Below are positions 12,124 to 19,877 of a DNA stretch of 64,000 nt, in pieces; the stretch's first letter is position 1, and every line of letters begins with the position of its first letter. Origin of the DNA: a virus; the IMG/VR virus record IMGVR_UViG_3300034102_002101, positions 1 through 64,000 of that record. One strand, 5' to 3'. A program made the translations under genes and the position numbers. The notes beneath the pieces are model-generated. The model was given only the letters and a program-made list of their open reading frames with translations, searched no databases and had not been told where the DNA came from.

Positions 12124-12648
12124 ATGGAAAATCTTAAAAAAATTGCTGATAGTTACTTTATAGACAATCCAGATAAGAAATCGGATGTTGTAAAAGCTTA
12201 CTATGCTTACCACGCAAGTCATGGTGAGTATGGGGCACACTATTTCGATGGATCAAAGAAAGTATCAGCTTGTCGATTCTGCAATAGAATGAGAGAAAAT
12301 GTAAGATGGGATGACTCCATTCCAACTTGCTTATCTAGACCTTCTTATATGGATACTACGATAGAAAGTGTAATTAAGAAGGAAGAAGAATTGTTTTCTA
12401 AAGTAATGACCAGAGCAACAAGGATAGCTAATGATATCGTAGATATTAATACAATAACTGGAGAAGATCTTAGTTATTATCACCATACTCACGGTGTAGA
12501 TCCTTCTATGTTAGAATGTGCTATGCTTGCTATAGGCAAGAAATTACCAGAGAAACTGCATGAAGAATATATGGTAGCATACGAAGCTCACTCATTAACA
12601 GGAAAAGCAGGAGAAAAGAAAGTTGTGTTAGTAGCAAAAACTATATAA
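12124..12648 (+). CDS. Protein with alanyl-tRNA synthetase helical-domain-like C-terminus and N-terminal His/Cys motif
   Basis: IESVIKKEEELFSKVM...ITGEDLSYYHHTHGVDPSM resembles AlaRS IxxxIxxEExxFxxTL...ISGEDAFKLYDTYGFP; ATG 12124 in frame with the listed ORF. Confidence 0.55.
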   Translation: MENLKKIADSYFIDNPDKKSDVVKAYYAYHASHGEYGAHYFDGSKKVSACRFCNRMRENVRWDDSIPTCLSRPSYMDTTIESVIKKEEELFSKVMTRATRIANDIVDINTITGEDLSYYHHTHGVDPSMLECAMLAIGKKLPEKLHEEYMVAYEAHSLTGKAGEKKVVLVAKTI

Positions 12649-13746
12649 AAATATGAAACTAGAAAAATTAGTAGACGCTTATGTATCGAAGTATATTAAT
12701 ATCCCTAAAGATGTTATAATTTTTGATGAAGATATTTTATTGGTAAGTCTTAAAGAAGAATTACCAAAAATAAATAAGGACATTAAACACAAGATCACAA
12801 TAAAATTATTACGTGAAACAATTCATAAGCACTTGGATCTTGGTATAGACTTATCGAGCGAAGATCAAGATATTTACGATGCTATCTTTTGTTGTGTGTA
12901 TCTAGTTACCAGAAAATTATTTGATCGCGATGACTGTGATGAAGATATCGAATTTGATTCTACGTGGTCAGAATCTATGACCGATTCGTTTAAACTAATT
13001 GTCCGACCAGCAAGCTCTAACCTATGAAACTATTAAATAAAATATTAAAGAAATTTGGACTGGTGGCTATTCCAATTAAACCATCAGATAACGATATATC
13101 TGATATCTGCTTCAAATGGGATCATGGATTCGGTTATAGAACTGGCAGATCAGATGAAGAGATTTTATTAATTAGAAAAACATTTCCATTGAATTTTGAA
13201 CTGACTCAAGAGGAGAGAGAATCTAAAATATATAAAGCGAGTGAAGCTTATCGCTGTATCGTAAAAAACCCAAGATTATATAAATGATTATTTTGTATTT
13301 TTTATTGTCTTGGTATGTTGTTGGAATGTTGACCATTCTATTCACTTGTTCTTTTAATGTTTCACTAATAAAAGAGAACTTACGATTATTCTTCGCTTCG
13401 TCTTGCTTCGGTCCACTTCTAACTTTAAGTTTCGTTTATTTAAAATTTAAAAAATGAAAAGAAGCACAGACTACAGTAAACTGCTTAACTCTAAAAAATG
13501 GAGACAGAGAATTCAAGCTTCTTAAATATAAATCAACAGAAAGCATAGAGGAAATATTATGATAACAGAAATCAAAACAAGAGACTCGTCACATATATCA
13601 TATAATGATAATGGTGAAGATTTGAGTTTAATGGTAGCAGATGTAAGTGATTCCGACTACATAGAAATAGGATTCTATTCCGAGCATGGGATTACCATAC
13701 CAAAATCTATTATTCCAGAATTACTAAAAGTACTAGAAAAATTTCG

Positions 13747-13774
13747 TTGACTTCCAATAAAATTGTGCTAGTGT
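13747..13774 (+). promoter_or_regulatory. sigma70-like promoter for the Y-RNA/Ro60 unit (TTGACT-N16-TAGTGT, extended TG)
   Basis: Immediately upstream of the first structured RNA. Confidence 0.65.
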
Positions 13775-13792
13775 GCTTAAATGTTCTTTGAT

Positions 13793-13918
13793 TTGGGTTA
13801 GTGTTAGAAACCGTTCCTTCTGCATAAAGAAAAGTCATGAGTTCGATTCTCATCTAGGACAAAAATCCTAGTAGCTTAGTGGTAAAGCGTTAAAGCGGTT
13901 TCTTATTGTTCTACCCAA
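13793..13918 (+). ncRNA. YrlA-like Y RNA 1 (circularly permuted tRNA mimic)
   Basis: Closing stems TTGGGT/ACCCAA and AGAAACCGTT/AGCGGTTTCT; T arm ATGAG-TTCGATT-CTCAT (13837-53); loop-closed acceptor stem CTAGGA-CAAAAA-TCCTAG; then TA and D arm GCTT-AGTGGTA-AAGC; upstream of Ro60. Confidence 0.85.
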
Positions 13919-13929
13919 AATACTTTAAC

Positions 13930-14071
13930 GGATGTGGTGATGGTTATAGATTCATCAAAATAATCGGTCGCGGGTTCGATCCCCGTCTGAAATTCAAGAG
14001 AGATCGAGAAAAGTAAGTAGCTCAGAGGTAGAGCAAATATCAAAAAACTCTTTAACCAAATGTTCCCATCC
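13930..14071 (+). ncRNA. YrlA-like Y RNA 2 (circularly permuted tRNA mimic)
   Basis: Closing stems GGATG/CATCC and TGGTTA-t-AGA/TCT-t-TAACCA; T arm GCGGG-TTCGATC-CCCGT (13970-86); later TA and D arm GCTC-AGAGGTA-GAGC (14020-34). Confidence 0.8.
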
Positions 14072-14118
14072 AATTTAATTTCCGTCAGAATCATTAGTGA
14101 ATATAAACTCTTAATACT

Positions 14119-15486
14119 ATGAAAACAAATACAAAAACCGCACCTGTTCCAGTTTACAATAACGAAGGAACTCGTGTTAAGAAGCTAACAGCTGAACAAG
14201 AACTAAATCGTTCTGTTCTGGCTACTTTCCTATGGGAAAAGAATGCATACGAGAGCGGAGTCAGCATTGCTGAACGTATTGCCGAACTTATTCCTAAAGT
14301 AAAAGCTGAGAAGGTAGCTGAACTTGCTATCAAGGCTCGCAACGAATATAAACTTCGACACACTCCCTTGTTTATTGCACGCGAAATGTTGCGTCATCAG
14401 AAGCACAGGGCTTTAGTTGGATATGTTCTTGAGAATATTATTCAGCGTGCGGATGAAATTTCCGAAATGCTCGCTCTCTACTGGAAAGACGGCAAAACTC
14501 CAATTTCTAATCAATTGAAGAAAGGTCTTGCCAAGGCATTTACTCGCTTTGACGAATACGATTTACAAAAATATAACCGAGATTCGGATATCAAGCTTCG
14601 CGATGTGTTGTTCCTAGTTCATGCTCGTCCTCTAAACAAGGAACAGGAAGACCTATGGAAGAAGCTCATCGATGATAAGCTCGATACTCCTAATACTTGG
14701 GAGACTAAGATTTCTGCGACTAAGGGTGAGGGGAAGAAAGATGCATGGACACAGCTACTTCACGATAAAGCACTTGGTGGTATGGCTTTCTTGAAGAATC
14801 TGCGTAACTTGACTGAGGCTGGTGTTGACCGTCAACTTATAAAGGCATATTTCACCAAAGTTAATTTCTCAAAGGTTCTTCCATTCCGATTTATCTCGGC
14901 TGCGAAGTATGCACCATACTTGGAACCGGAGCTAGAAAAGGCTATGATGTTGGCAATTGATTCTCTTGATAAGCTCAAGGGAAAAACTGCTCTTATTATT
15001 GATACTTCTCCTTCCATGTGGCAATCTACTATTTCAGAGAAGTCTGAAATGAACCGATTCGATGCTGCATCTGCCTTGGCAATTCTTGCTCGTGGTATCT
15101 GTGAAGATGTTGATATTTATGCCTTCAATAAACAATCATATTCAATTCCTCCACGTTCAGGTTTTGCTCTACGAGATGCACTAGCAAAGACACAGGATGG
15201 TTATAGTTGTGGTGGTCTTGCTGTAGCAGAAGCAAACAAGAATGGTTATGACCGTATTATTGTTCTTACCGATGGTGAATGGCATTCTTCAGCTAACCAA
15301 TCAGAATATGGCTGGAAGCAAGGAAACGCTGCGGACATTGGACCAAGCCCATTGACCGATAAGGCTTATATGATTAACGTATCAAACACCAAAAACGGCG
15401 TAGGATATGGAAAATGGACATCCATAGATGGATTTTCTGAGGCTGTTGTTACTTATATCCAAGCTCTAGAAGCGGATAAGGAATAA
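14119..15486 (+). CDS. rsr: Ro60/Rsr TROVE-domain RNA-binding protein with C-terminal vWA domain
   Basis: LFxExxxYE-like N-terminus, KARNEYKLRHTP, IQRADE, FDEYDLQKY, LRDVLFLVH, TWET, MAFLKNLRN, VLPFRF, MIDAS-like IDTSPSM, IIVLTDGE, IDGFSE. Confidence 0.92.
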   Translation: MKTNTKTAPVPVYNNEGTRVKKLTAEQELNRSVLATFLWEKNAYESGVSIAERIAELIPKVKAEKVAELAIKARNEYKLRHTPLFIAREMLRHQKHRALVGYVLENIIQRADEISEMLALYWKDGKTPISNQLKKGLAKAFTRFDEYDLQKYNRDSDIKLRDVLFLVHARPLNKEQEDLWKKLIDDKLDTPNTWETKISATKGEGKKDAWTQLLHDKALGGMAFLKNLRNLTEAGVDRQLIKAYFTKVNFSKVLPFRFISAAKYAPYLEPELEKAMMLAIDSLDKLKGKTALIIDTSPSMWQSTISEKSEMNRFDAASALAILARGICEDVDIYAFNKQSYSIPPRSGFALRDALAKTQDGYSCGGLAVAEANKNGYDRIIVLTDGEWHSSANQSEYGWKQGNAADIGPSPLTDKAYMINVSNTKNGVGYGKWTSIDGFSEAVVTYIQALEADKE

Positions 15487-15498
15487 CATTGTTTAATT

Positions 15499-15530
15499 GG
15501 AGAGTGTATAAATTTATACACTCCTTTTTT
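15499..15530 (+). terminator. Intrinsic terminator after ro60
   Basis: GAGTGTATAA/TTATACACTC inverted repeat followed by T run. Confidence 0.75.
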
Positions 15531-15539
15531 ATTTATAAT

Positions 15540-15932
15540 ATGAAAAAAATATTTCTAGGTGGTACCTGCAATAACAGTACATGGAGAGAAGAATTGATTC
15601 CATTATTGAAAATCGATTACTATAATCCTGTAGTAAAAACTTGGACCGATGAATGTAAATTGGAAGAGATTAGTCAGCGAGAATCATGTGACTATGTTTT
15701 ATACGTTATTACTCCGAAAATGCACGGCTACTATTCAATAGCCGAAGTCACTGACGATTCTAATAAACGACCAAGTAAAACTATTCTCTGTGTTATCAGT
15801 AGTGACAATGGGTATAGTTTCACAATGAAACAAATGATGGGATTTGATGCAATTAAACTTCTAATCAAATCAAATGGTGCGAATGTGTTTGACACATTGG
15901 AAGAAATAGCTCAGTATGTTAACAATAATTAA
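15540..15932 (+). CDS. Nucleoside 2-deoxyribosyltransferase-like protein
   Basis: KIFLGGTC..STWRE...YYNP...E....CDYVLYVITP...YSIAE. Confidence 0.75.
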   Translation: MKKIFLGGTCNNSTWREELIPLLKIDYYNPVVKTWTDECKLEEISQRESCDYVLYVITPKMHGYYSIAEVTDDSNKRPSKTILCVISSDNGYSFTMKQMMGFDAIKLLIKSNGANVFDTLEEIAQYVNNN

Positions 15933-15935
15933 TTT

Positions 15936-16445
15936 ATGAAAATAACCGATAAGTATGTATTTTTTTGGAATGGTATCTATTCCAATTGGCAACCGTATTA
16001 CTTTTTTGATCCAGTAGCTAAACGTGGATTCGATAACTCCGAACAAGCATTCATGTGGTGGAAAGCAGATTTTTTCCGAGATTTTAAAACCCGCGATATC
16101 ATTGGTGTTAAGAGTGATCCGAGAGAAACTAAACAGTTAGGAAGACAGATCAGTAATTATGATGACGGTGCTTGGAGCATTGTTAGACTTAGTTTTATGG
16201 AGTGGGTAAACTACTGTAAGTTTACATATACCGATCCAGCATTACCAAATTCAATTGGTGCAGAATTACTTTCCACTGGGAATAAGACCATAGTTGAAGC
16301 TTCTCCGAATGATGGTATCTGGGGAATCAAAATGTCAGAAACTGACCCATTGATTGAAGATGAAACTAAGTGGAAAGGAAAGAATTTGTTAGGAATAGCG
16401 TTAATGAATGTTAGAAAAACAATAAATTACAACCCATTTATATAA
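15936..16445 (+). CDS. NADAR (YbiA-like) family protein
   Basis: FFW..IYSNW, SEQAFMWWKA, KQLGR, LLSTG..IVEASPND.IWGI, GKNLLGIALMNVR. Confidence 0.9.
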   Translation: MKITDKYVFFWNGIYSNWQPYYFFDPVAKRGFDNSEQAFMWWKADFFRDFKTRDIIGVKSDPRETKQLGRQISNYDDGAWSIVRLSFMEWVNYCKFTYTDPALPNSIGAELLSTGNKTIVEASPNDGIWGIKMSETDPLIEDETKWKGKNLLGIALMNVRKTINYNPFI

Positions 16446-16446
16446 T

Positions 16447-16704
16447 ATGTTAAAAATACTAAAGTTCTTTTCTAAAACTTGTGCTCCCTGTCGAGCATTA
16501 AATCCCATTATAGATGATATATCCAAAGAAACCGGTGTATTAATCGAATCCATTGATGCTGTAGAAGATACGAGAGCATCACAATATGGAATACGAGCAG
16601 TACCGACACTAATTTTCTTAAAAGATGATATCGAAGTTGATCGTAAAACCGGACTACTCAGTAAGGAAAATTTAAAAGATTTAATCGAAAAATACAATGA
16701 ATAA
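16447..16704 (+). CDS. Thioredoxin
   Basis: CAPC motif, YGIRAVPTLIFLK. Confidence 0.9.
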   Translation: MLKILKFFSKTCAPCRALNPIIDDISKETGVLIESIDAVEDTRASQYGIRAVPTLIFLKDDIEVDRKTGLLSKENLKDLIEKYNE

Positions 16705-16860
16705 AATACGTACAGTGGATTTCCATCCAGTAAAACCAGTAGAAACTTTCCATTCTCTGGAATCTGCTAAAAAATACATGGAATCAAATTCCAACCATTT
16801 CGATATTGAGTTAGTTAAATACAAAACTGAATATTTCATCATTAACAAAAAATAAAATTT

Positions 16861-17085
16861 ATGTCTACTAATACAAAAACAACAAAGATACTCGACAAAG
16901 CGGCATCTTCTCGTAAGATCGTTAAATTCAAGATTGCAAATCGCAAACTAAAGCGTGCTGGTCTTCCTACTTTTTCCTTCAAGGGAACGGTAGTCAAGCA
17001 TACCGCTCACTTTATTACAATTAAACCAACAGACCACACCGAGTTTAAGCTTAACAAATCTTCACTAATCAGTGTAGTTGCTTAA
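16861..17085 (+). CDS. Basic hypothetical protein
   Basis: 74-aa ORF with AATTTATG start context. Confidence 0.6.
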   Translation: MSTNTKTTKILDKAASSRKIVKFKIANRKLKRAGLPTFSFKGTVVKHTAHFITIKPTDHTEFKLNKSSLISVVA

Positions 17086-17102
17086 TAAAAATACAAAATA
17101 TT

Positions 17103-17549
17103 ATGGCACTATCAAAAGATGAATTGCAGGAAGCGATGATCCAAGCTGGTATCCCACTTGATCTTCGTAGTAAGGCAATGAAGGTTGCTGAAGAAATTGA
17201 AGCGGACAAGCAAGCGGAAAAAGATCCAAATAAGAAGAAGAACAAAAACAAGTTTACTATTGTCGTCAGAACAGACGATCCAGCAGTAAAGGATGCAATC
17301 GCTTCTGGTTGGATCGTACAAACGCCGGAAGACCAACCAAATCAAGAGTTAATTACTAGAATGACTATTGCTGCTGCTCGTACAAATGAAGCCGCTAAAT
17401 CCAAAAAGAAGAAGATCTTCACTTGGACTGATTTCTTTCAATATATCAAACCGAAGAACACCAAAGATGAAGATATTTTAGTGAAAATAAAAACGAAAGA
17501 TGCTGTTGAGATCGTTTTCTTGGAAAAGTCAGAGATCCAGTTTAGTTAA
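17103..17549 (+). CDS. Hypothetical protein
   Basis: 148-aa ORF followed by terminator. Confidence 0.7.
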   Translation: MALSKDELQEAMIQAGIPLDLRSKAMKVAEEIEADKQAEKDPNKKKNKNKFTIVVRTDDPAVKDAIASGWIVQTPEDQPNQELITRMTIAAARTNEAAKSKKKKIFTWTDFFQYIKPKNTKDEDILVKIKTKDAVEIVFLEKSEIQFS

Positions 17550-17564
17550 TACTAAATAAAATAT

Positions 17565-17680
17565 AAACCCCGAAACCTCTAATTGCAAAATTAGGGGTTT
17601 TCGTTTTTGGAAATTAGGGGTTTTGCCTTTTCGTTTTTCACAAAAAACCCCCAATAATTAAATTAGGGGTTTTCGTTTTT
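17565..17680. terminator. Stacked bidirectional terminators built from a triplicated AAATTAGGGGTTTT unit
   Basis: CGAAACCTCTAATT-GCAA-AATTAGGGGTTTTCG + T run on +; AAAAAACCCCCAATAATTAAATTAGGGGTTTT reads as a terminator on both strands. Confidence 0.75.
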
Positions 17681-17753
17681 AACTGGTTACAAGGGTCGAA
17701 CTTGCGACATTTTCAGTAACCTTTCGGTCCCACGCTTCCGTTTGTGGACCAGC
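17681..17753 (-). ncRNA. 73-nt tRNA-shaped RNA with canonical acceptor/T-arm but non-canonical D and anticodon arms
   Basis: GCTGGT(1-6)/ACCAGT(67-72); T arm GCAAG-TTCGACC-CTTGT at positions 49-65; no CCA; terminator directly downstream. Confidence 0.5.
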
Positions 17754-17905
17754 TATAAATTAAACAATTATTGACCAAACGCAGTGCATGGTAAAACACC
17801 GCAGAATGTGCTTTGGTTGCGTTCGTGTATTTTTCATGTAACATAAATATATAGACCACAAACAAAAAGCTTGACTTTACCAAAAATATGTGAAATAACT
17901 GTTAT

Positions 17906-18733
17906 ATGAACAATTTAATTGAATTACACTCTATCGGGCTATATTCCTCGTTCTGTTACCATAAACCTACGAGAATCTTGTTTGATTGTGGCGAATATGC
18001 TAGTCAACACTTTGGTAACTATATCTATGGCGTGGAAAACATATTTTGTTCACACTGCAATCACGGCGATCATATACTTGGTTTACCTTCGTTCGTTGGG
18101 ATTCGTAACTCGGCAAGAGGTGATAAATTTAAAAGTTTAAATGTTTACTATCCGGAGGACAACTACTCAATGATTGATATGATCGATTTCATCCAGAAAC
18201 GGAACGGAAAATGGTTGAAGTATGCTCTAAAGTTCATCCCTATTGACGCATCATTTAAACAGGATATTGGAAACAATCGAGAAATTCACTCAATTAAGTC
18301 GAAACATCAAAAAAATGCTTTGACTCTTCTGTATAAGATTGTCGAGAATCGTTCTCGTCTTCTACCAGAATATCAAGGAAAGAACATTCCTGAACTAATC
18401 AAATCTGGTGTGGACAAGGATGCTCTGACCGAAAAGTATGCTCATGTTGAGTTTGCGTATCTATTGGATTCTTGTGGGTTTGACTCTTCTCAGATCAAGA
18501 ATGCATCAGAAGTAGTAATTGATTGTACTTTCTTGAAAAAAGAAGATAGAGATGACTTAACCCATTTCTGCATCGAGGAATGTATTGATATTTGTGAGAA
18601 AGAAAATGTCAAAAAGGTTACTCTTGCTCATATTTCACCAAGATATTCTTTCAATGATGTTAAGAGAATTGCTAAATCGTTACCAGACAAGTACAAAATA
18701 CATCACCCAATATACAAAAACATTTATGACTGA
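17906..18733 (+). CDS. rnz: Short-form RNase Z-like metallo-beta-lactamase
   Basis: ILFDCGE, SHCNHGDHILG, YLLDS, IDCTF, LTH, LAHISPRY. Confidence 0.75.
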   Translation: MNNLIELHSIGLYSSFCYHKPTRILFDCGEYASQHFGNYIYGVENIFCSHCNHGDHILGLPSFVGIRNSARGDKFKSLNVYYPEDNYSMIDMIDFIQKRNGKWLKYALKFIPIDASFKQDIGNNREIHSIKSKHQKNALTLLYKIVENRSRLLPEYQGKNIPELIKSGVDKDALTEKYAHVEFAYLLDSCGFDSSQIKNASEVVIDCTFLKKEDRDDLTHFCIEECIDICEKENVKKVTLAHISPRYSFNDVKRIAKSLPDKYKIHHPIYKNIYD

Positions 18734-18867
18734 TCCAAAACTGATATATAAAATAATTAATCTGGAACCGTATGGTTCTCCCAAAGCACAAACTGGAATT
18801 TCAGTAGAAAATTTCAGTTTCTCAGAGGAAAACGTAAAGAAACACCTAGAAAATACAAAAAACCAAA

Positions 18868-19431
18868 ATGAAGTTAAAAGTTAAACCGTTGTTTGAAGAT
18901 TCTAAATTGGTGACAAAAGCAAACCCATCCGATATCGGATGGGATGTTTATTCCCACTCAATTAAGGAAATTAAAGGAAATTATATTGTAGATGAAGCCA
19001 CTGGTGATCATCTATATAGCGAACTCAATTACATTGAGTATGGTACTGGATTGGCAATCCAACCAGAACAAGAAATAAACTTTAATTCCCCGTTTGGTGG
19101 GATTACTAAATACTTCTCGTTCTTAGCACCAAGATCATCCCTAAGTAAATATAAGCTGTCACAAGCAAATTCAATAGGTGTTATTGATGTTGGGTACAAT
19201 GGAGAACTATTGATTCGCCATCGATATGAATTCAATCCATGTGATTTGGTTATCCGAGAGGGTCTTATTTATGGTAGAATCAACAAGGAGAAGATATATA
19301 AAATTGGTGATGCTATAGGCCAGATTCTTGTGATGGAACAAGTTCCGGTAAACATAGAAGTTGTCCAATGTTTGGATAAAACCGATAGAGGAAATGGTGG
19401 ACACGGATCGAGTGGCGGAAATTCTGTTTAA
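18868..19431 (+). CDS. dut: Trimeric dUTPase
   Basis: DIGWDV, TGLAI, APRSS, NSIGVIDVGYNGE, Q, DRGNGGHGSSG motifs. Confidence 0.92.
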   Translation: MKLKVKPLFEDSKLVTKANPSDIGWDVYSHSIKEIKGNYIVDEATGDHLYSELNYIEYGTGLAIQPEQEINFNSPFGGITKYFSFLAPRSSLSKYKLSQANSIGVIDVGYNGELLIRHRYEFNPCDLVIREGLIYGRINKEKIYKIGDAIGQILVMEQVPVNIEVVQCLDKTDRGNGGHGSSGGNSV

Positions 19432-19457
19432 TATCTATTTTATACATAGTTATATAG

Positions 19458-19859
19458 ATGGAAGATTGTACAACATGGGACGAGAATAATTACACTTGGG
19501 ACGAAATAAGTCTCAATTGGGAGACGTGTTTCGCTTGTTTTGTTTGGAGTGACACCAACCAGATTTGGCAATATTCTACCATAGTGTGGGGAAAGTGTGA
19601 TGAAATACCGGTATTGGAACCGGTTGGTGATATTGATGTTGGGTATAACATTGCTATACCCAGCATTTTTGTGACCCACGATGATGTTTTTCCAGTCAAG
19701 AAAACACAAAAAAAAGTTAAAAAGATAGCACTCACGATAAGGATAAATTCAGAAAGATACAGGGAAGAGAAAGTTAAAAAAGAAATCGATTGCATATTAA
19801 AGAGTGTAAGAATAACAGAGGACTCGGTACAAAAAACGATCAAAATCTCCATTTGGTAA
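19458..19859 (+). CDS. Hypothetical protein with Trp/Cys-periodic N-terminus
   Basis: Trp roughly every 7 residues in the first 45 aa. Confidence 0.6.
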   Translation: MEDCTTWDENNYTWDEISLNWETCFACFVWSDTNQIWQYSTIVWGKCDEIPVLEPVGDIDVGYNIAIPSIFVTHDDVFPVKKTQKKVKKIALTIRINSERYREEKVKKEIDCILKSVRITEDSVQKTIKISIW

Positions 19860-19877
19860 TATGTATTATGATAACAT

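Larger units (their letters stand above)
23..13750 (+). other. Cluster of ~45 short, tightly packed, co-oriented hypothetical phage genes (early/host-interaction region)
   Basis: 60-210 aa + strand ORFs with ATGA/TAATG-type overlaps, AT-rich starts without Shine-Dalgarno, few recognisable domains. Confidence 0.85.

Noticed and set aside
13837-14034. Canonical tRNA genes (TTCGA loops and D arms present)
   Set aside because: T arm precedes D arm in each unit, no anticodon arm or CCA end; joining D arm of RNA1 to T arm of RNA2 gives no matching acceptor stem
13903-14094. 63-aa minus-strand ORF
   Set aside because: Antisense to the structured Y-like RNA; no plausible promoter or protein features
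17690-17755. Hammerhead ribozyme or c-di-GMP-I riboswitch on the minus strand
   Set aside because: CTGA and GAAA elements are in the wrong order for a hammerhead; GEMM similarity limited to GTGGGAC..AAAG and no downstream gene
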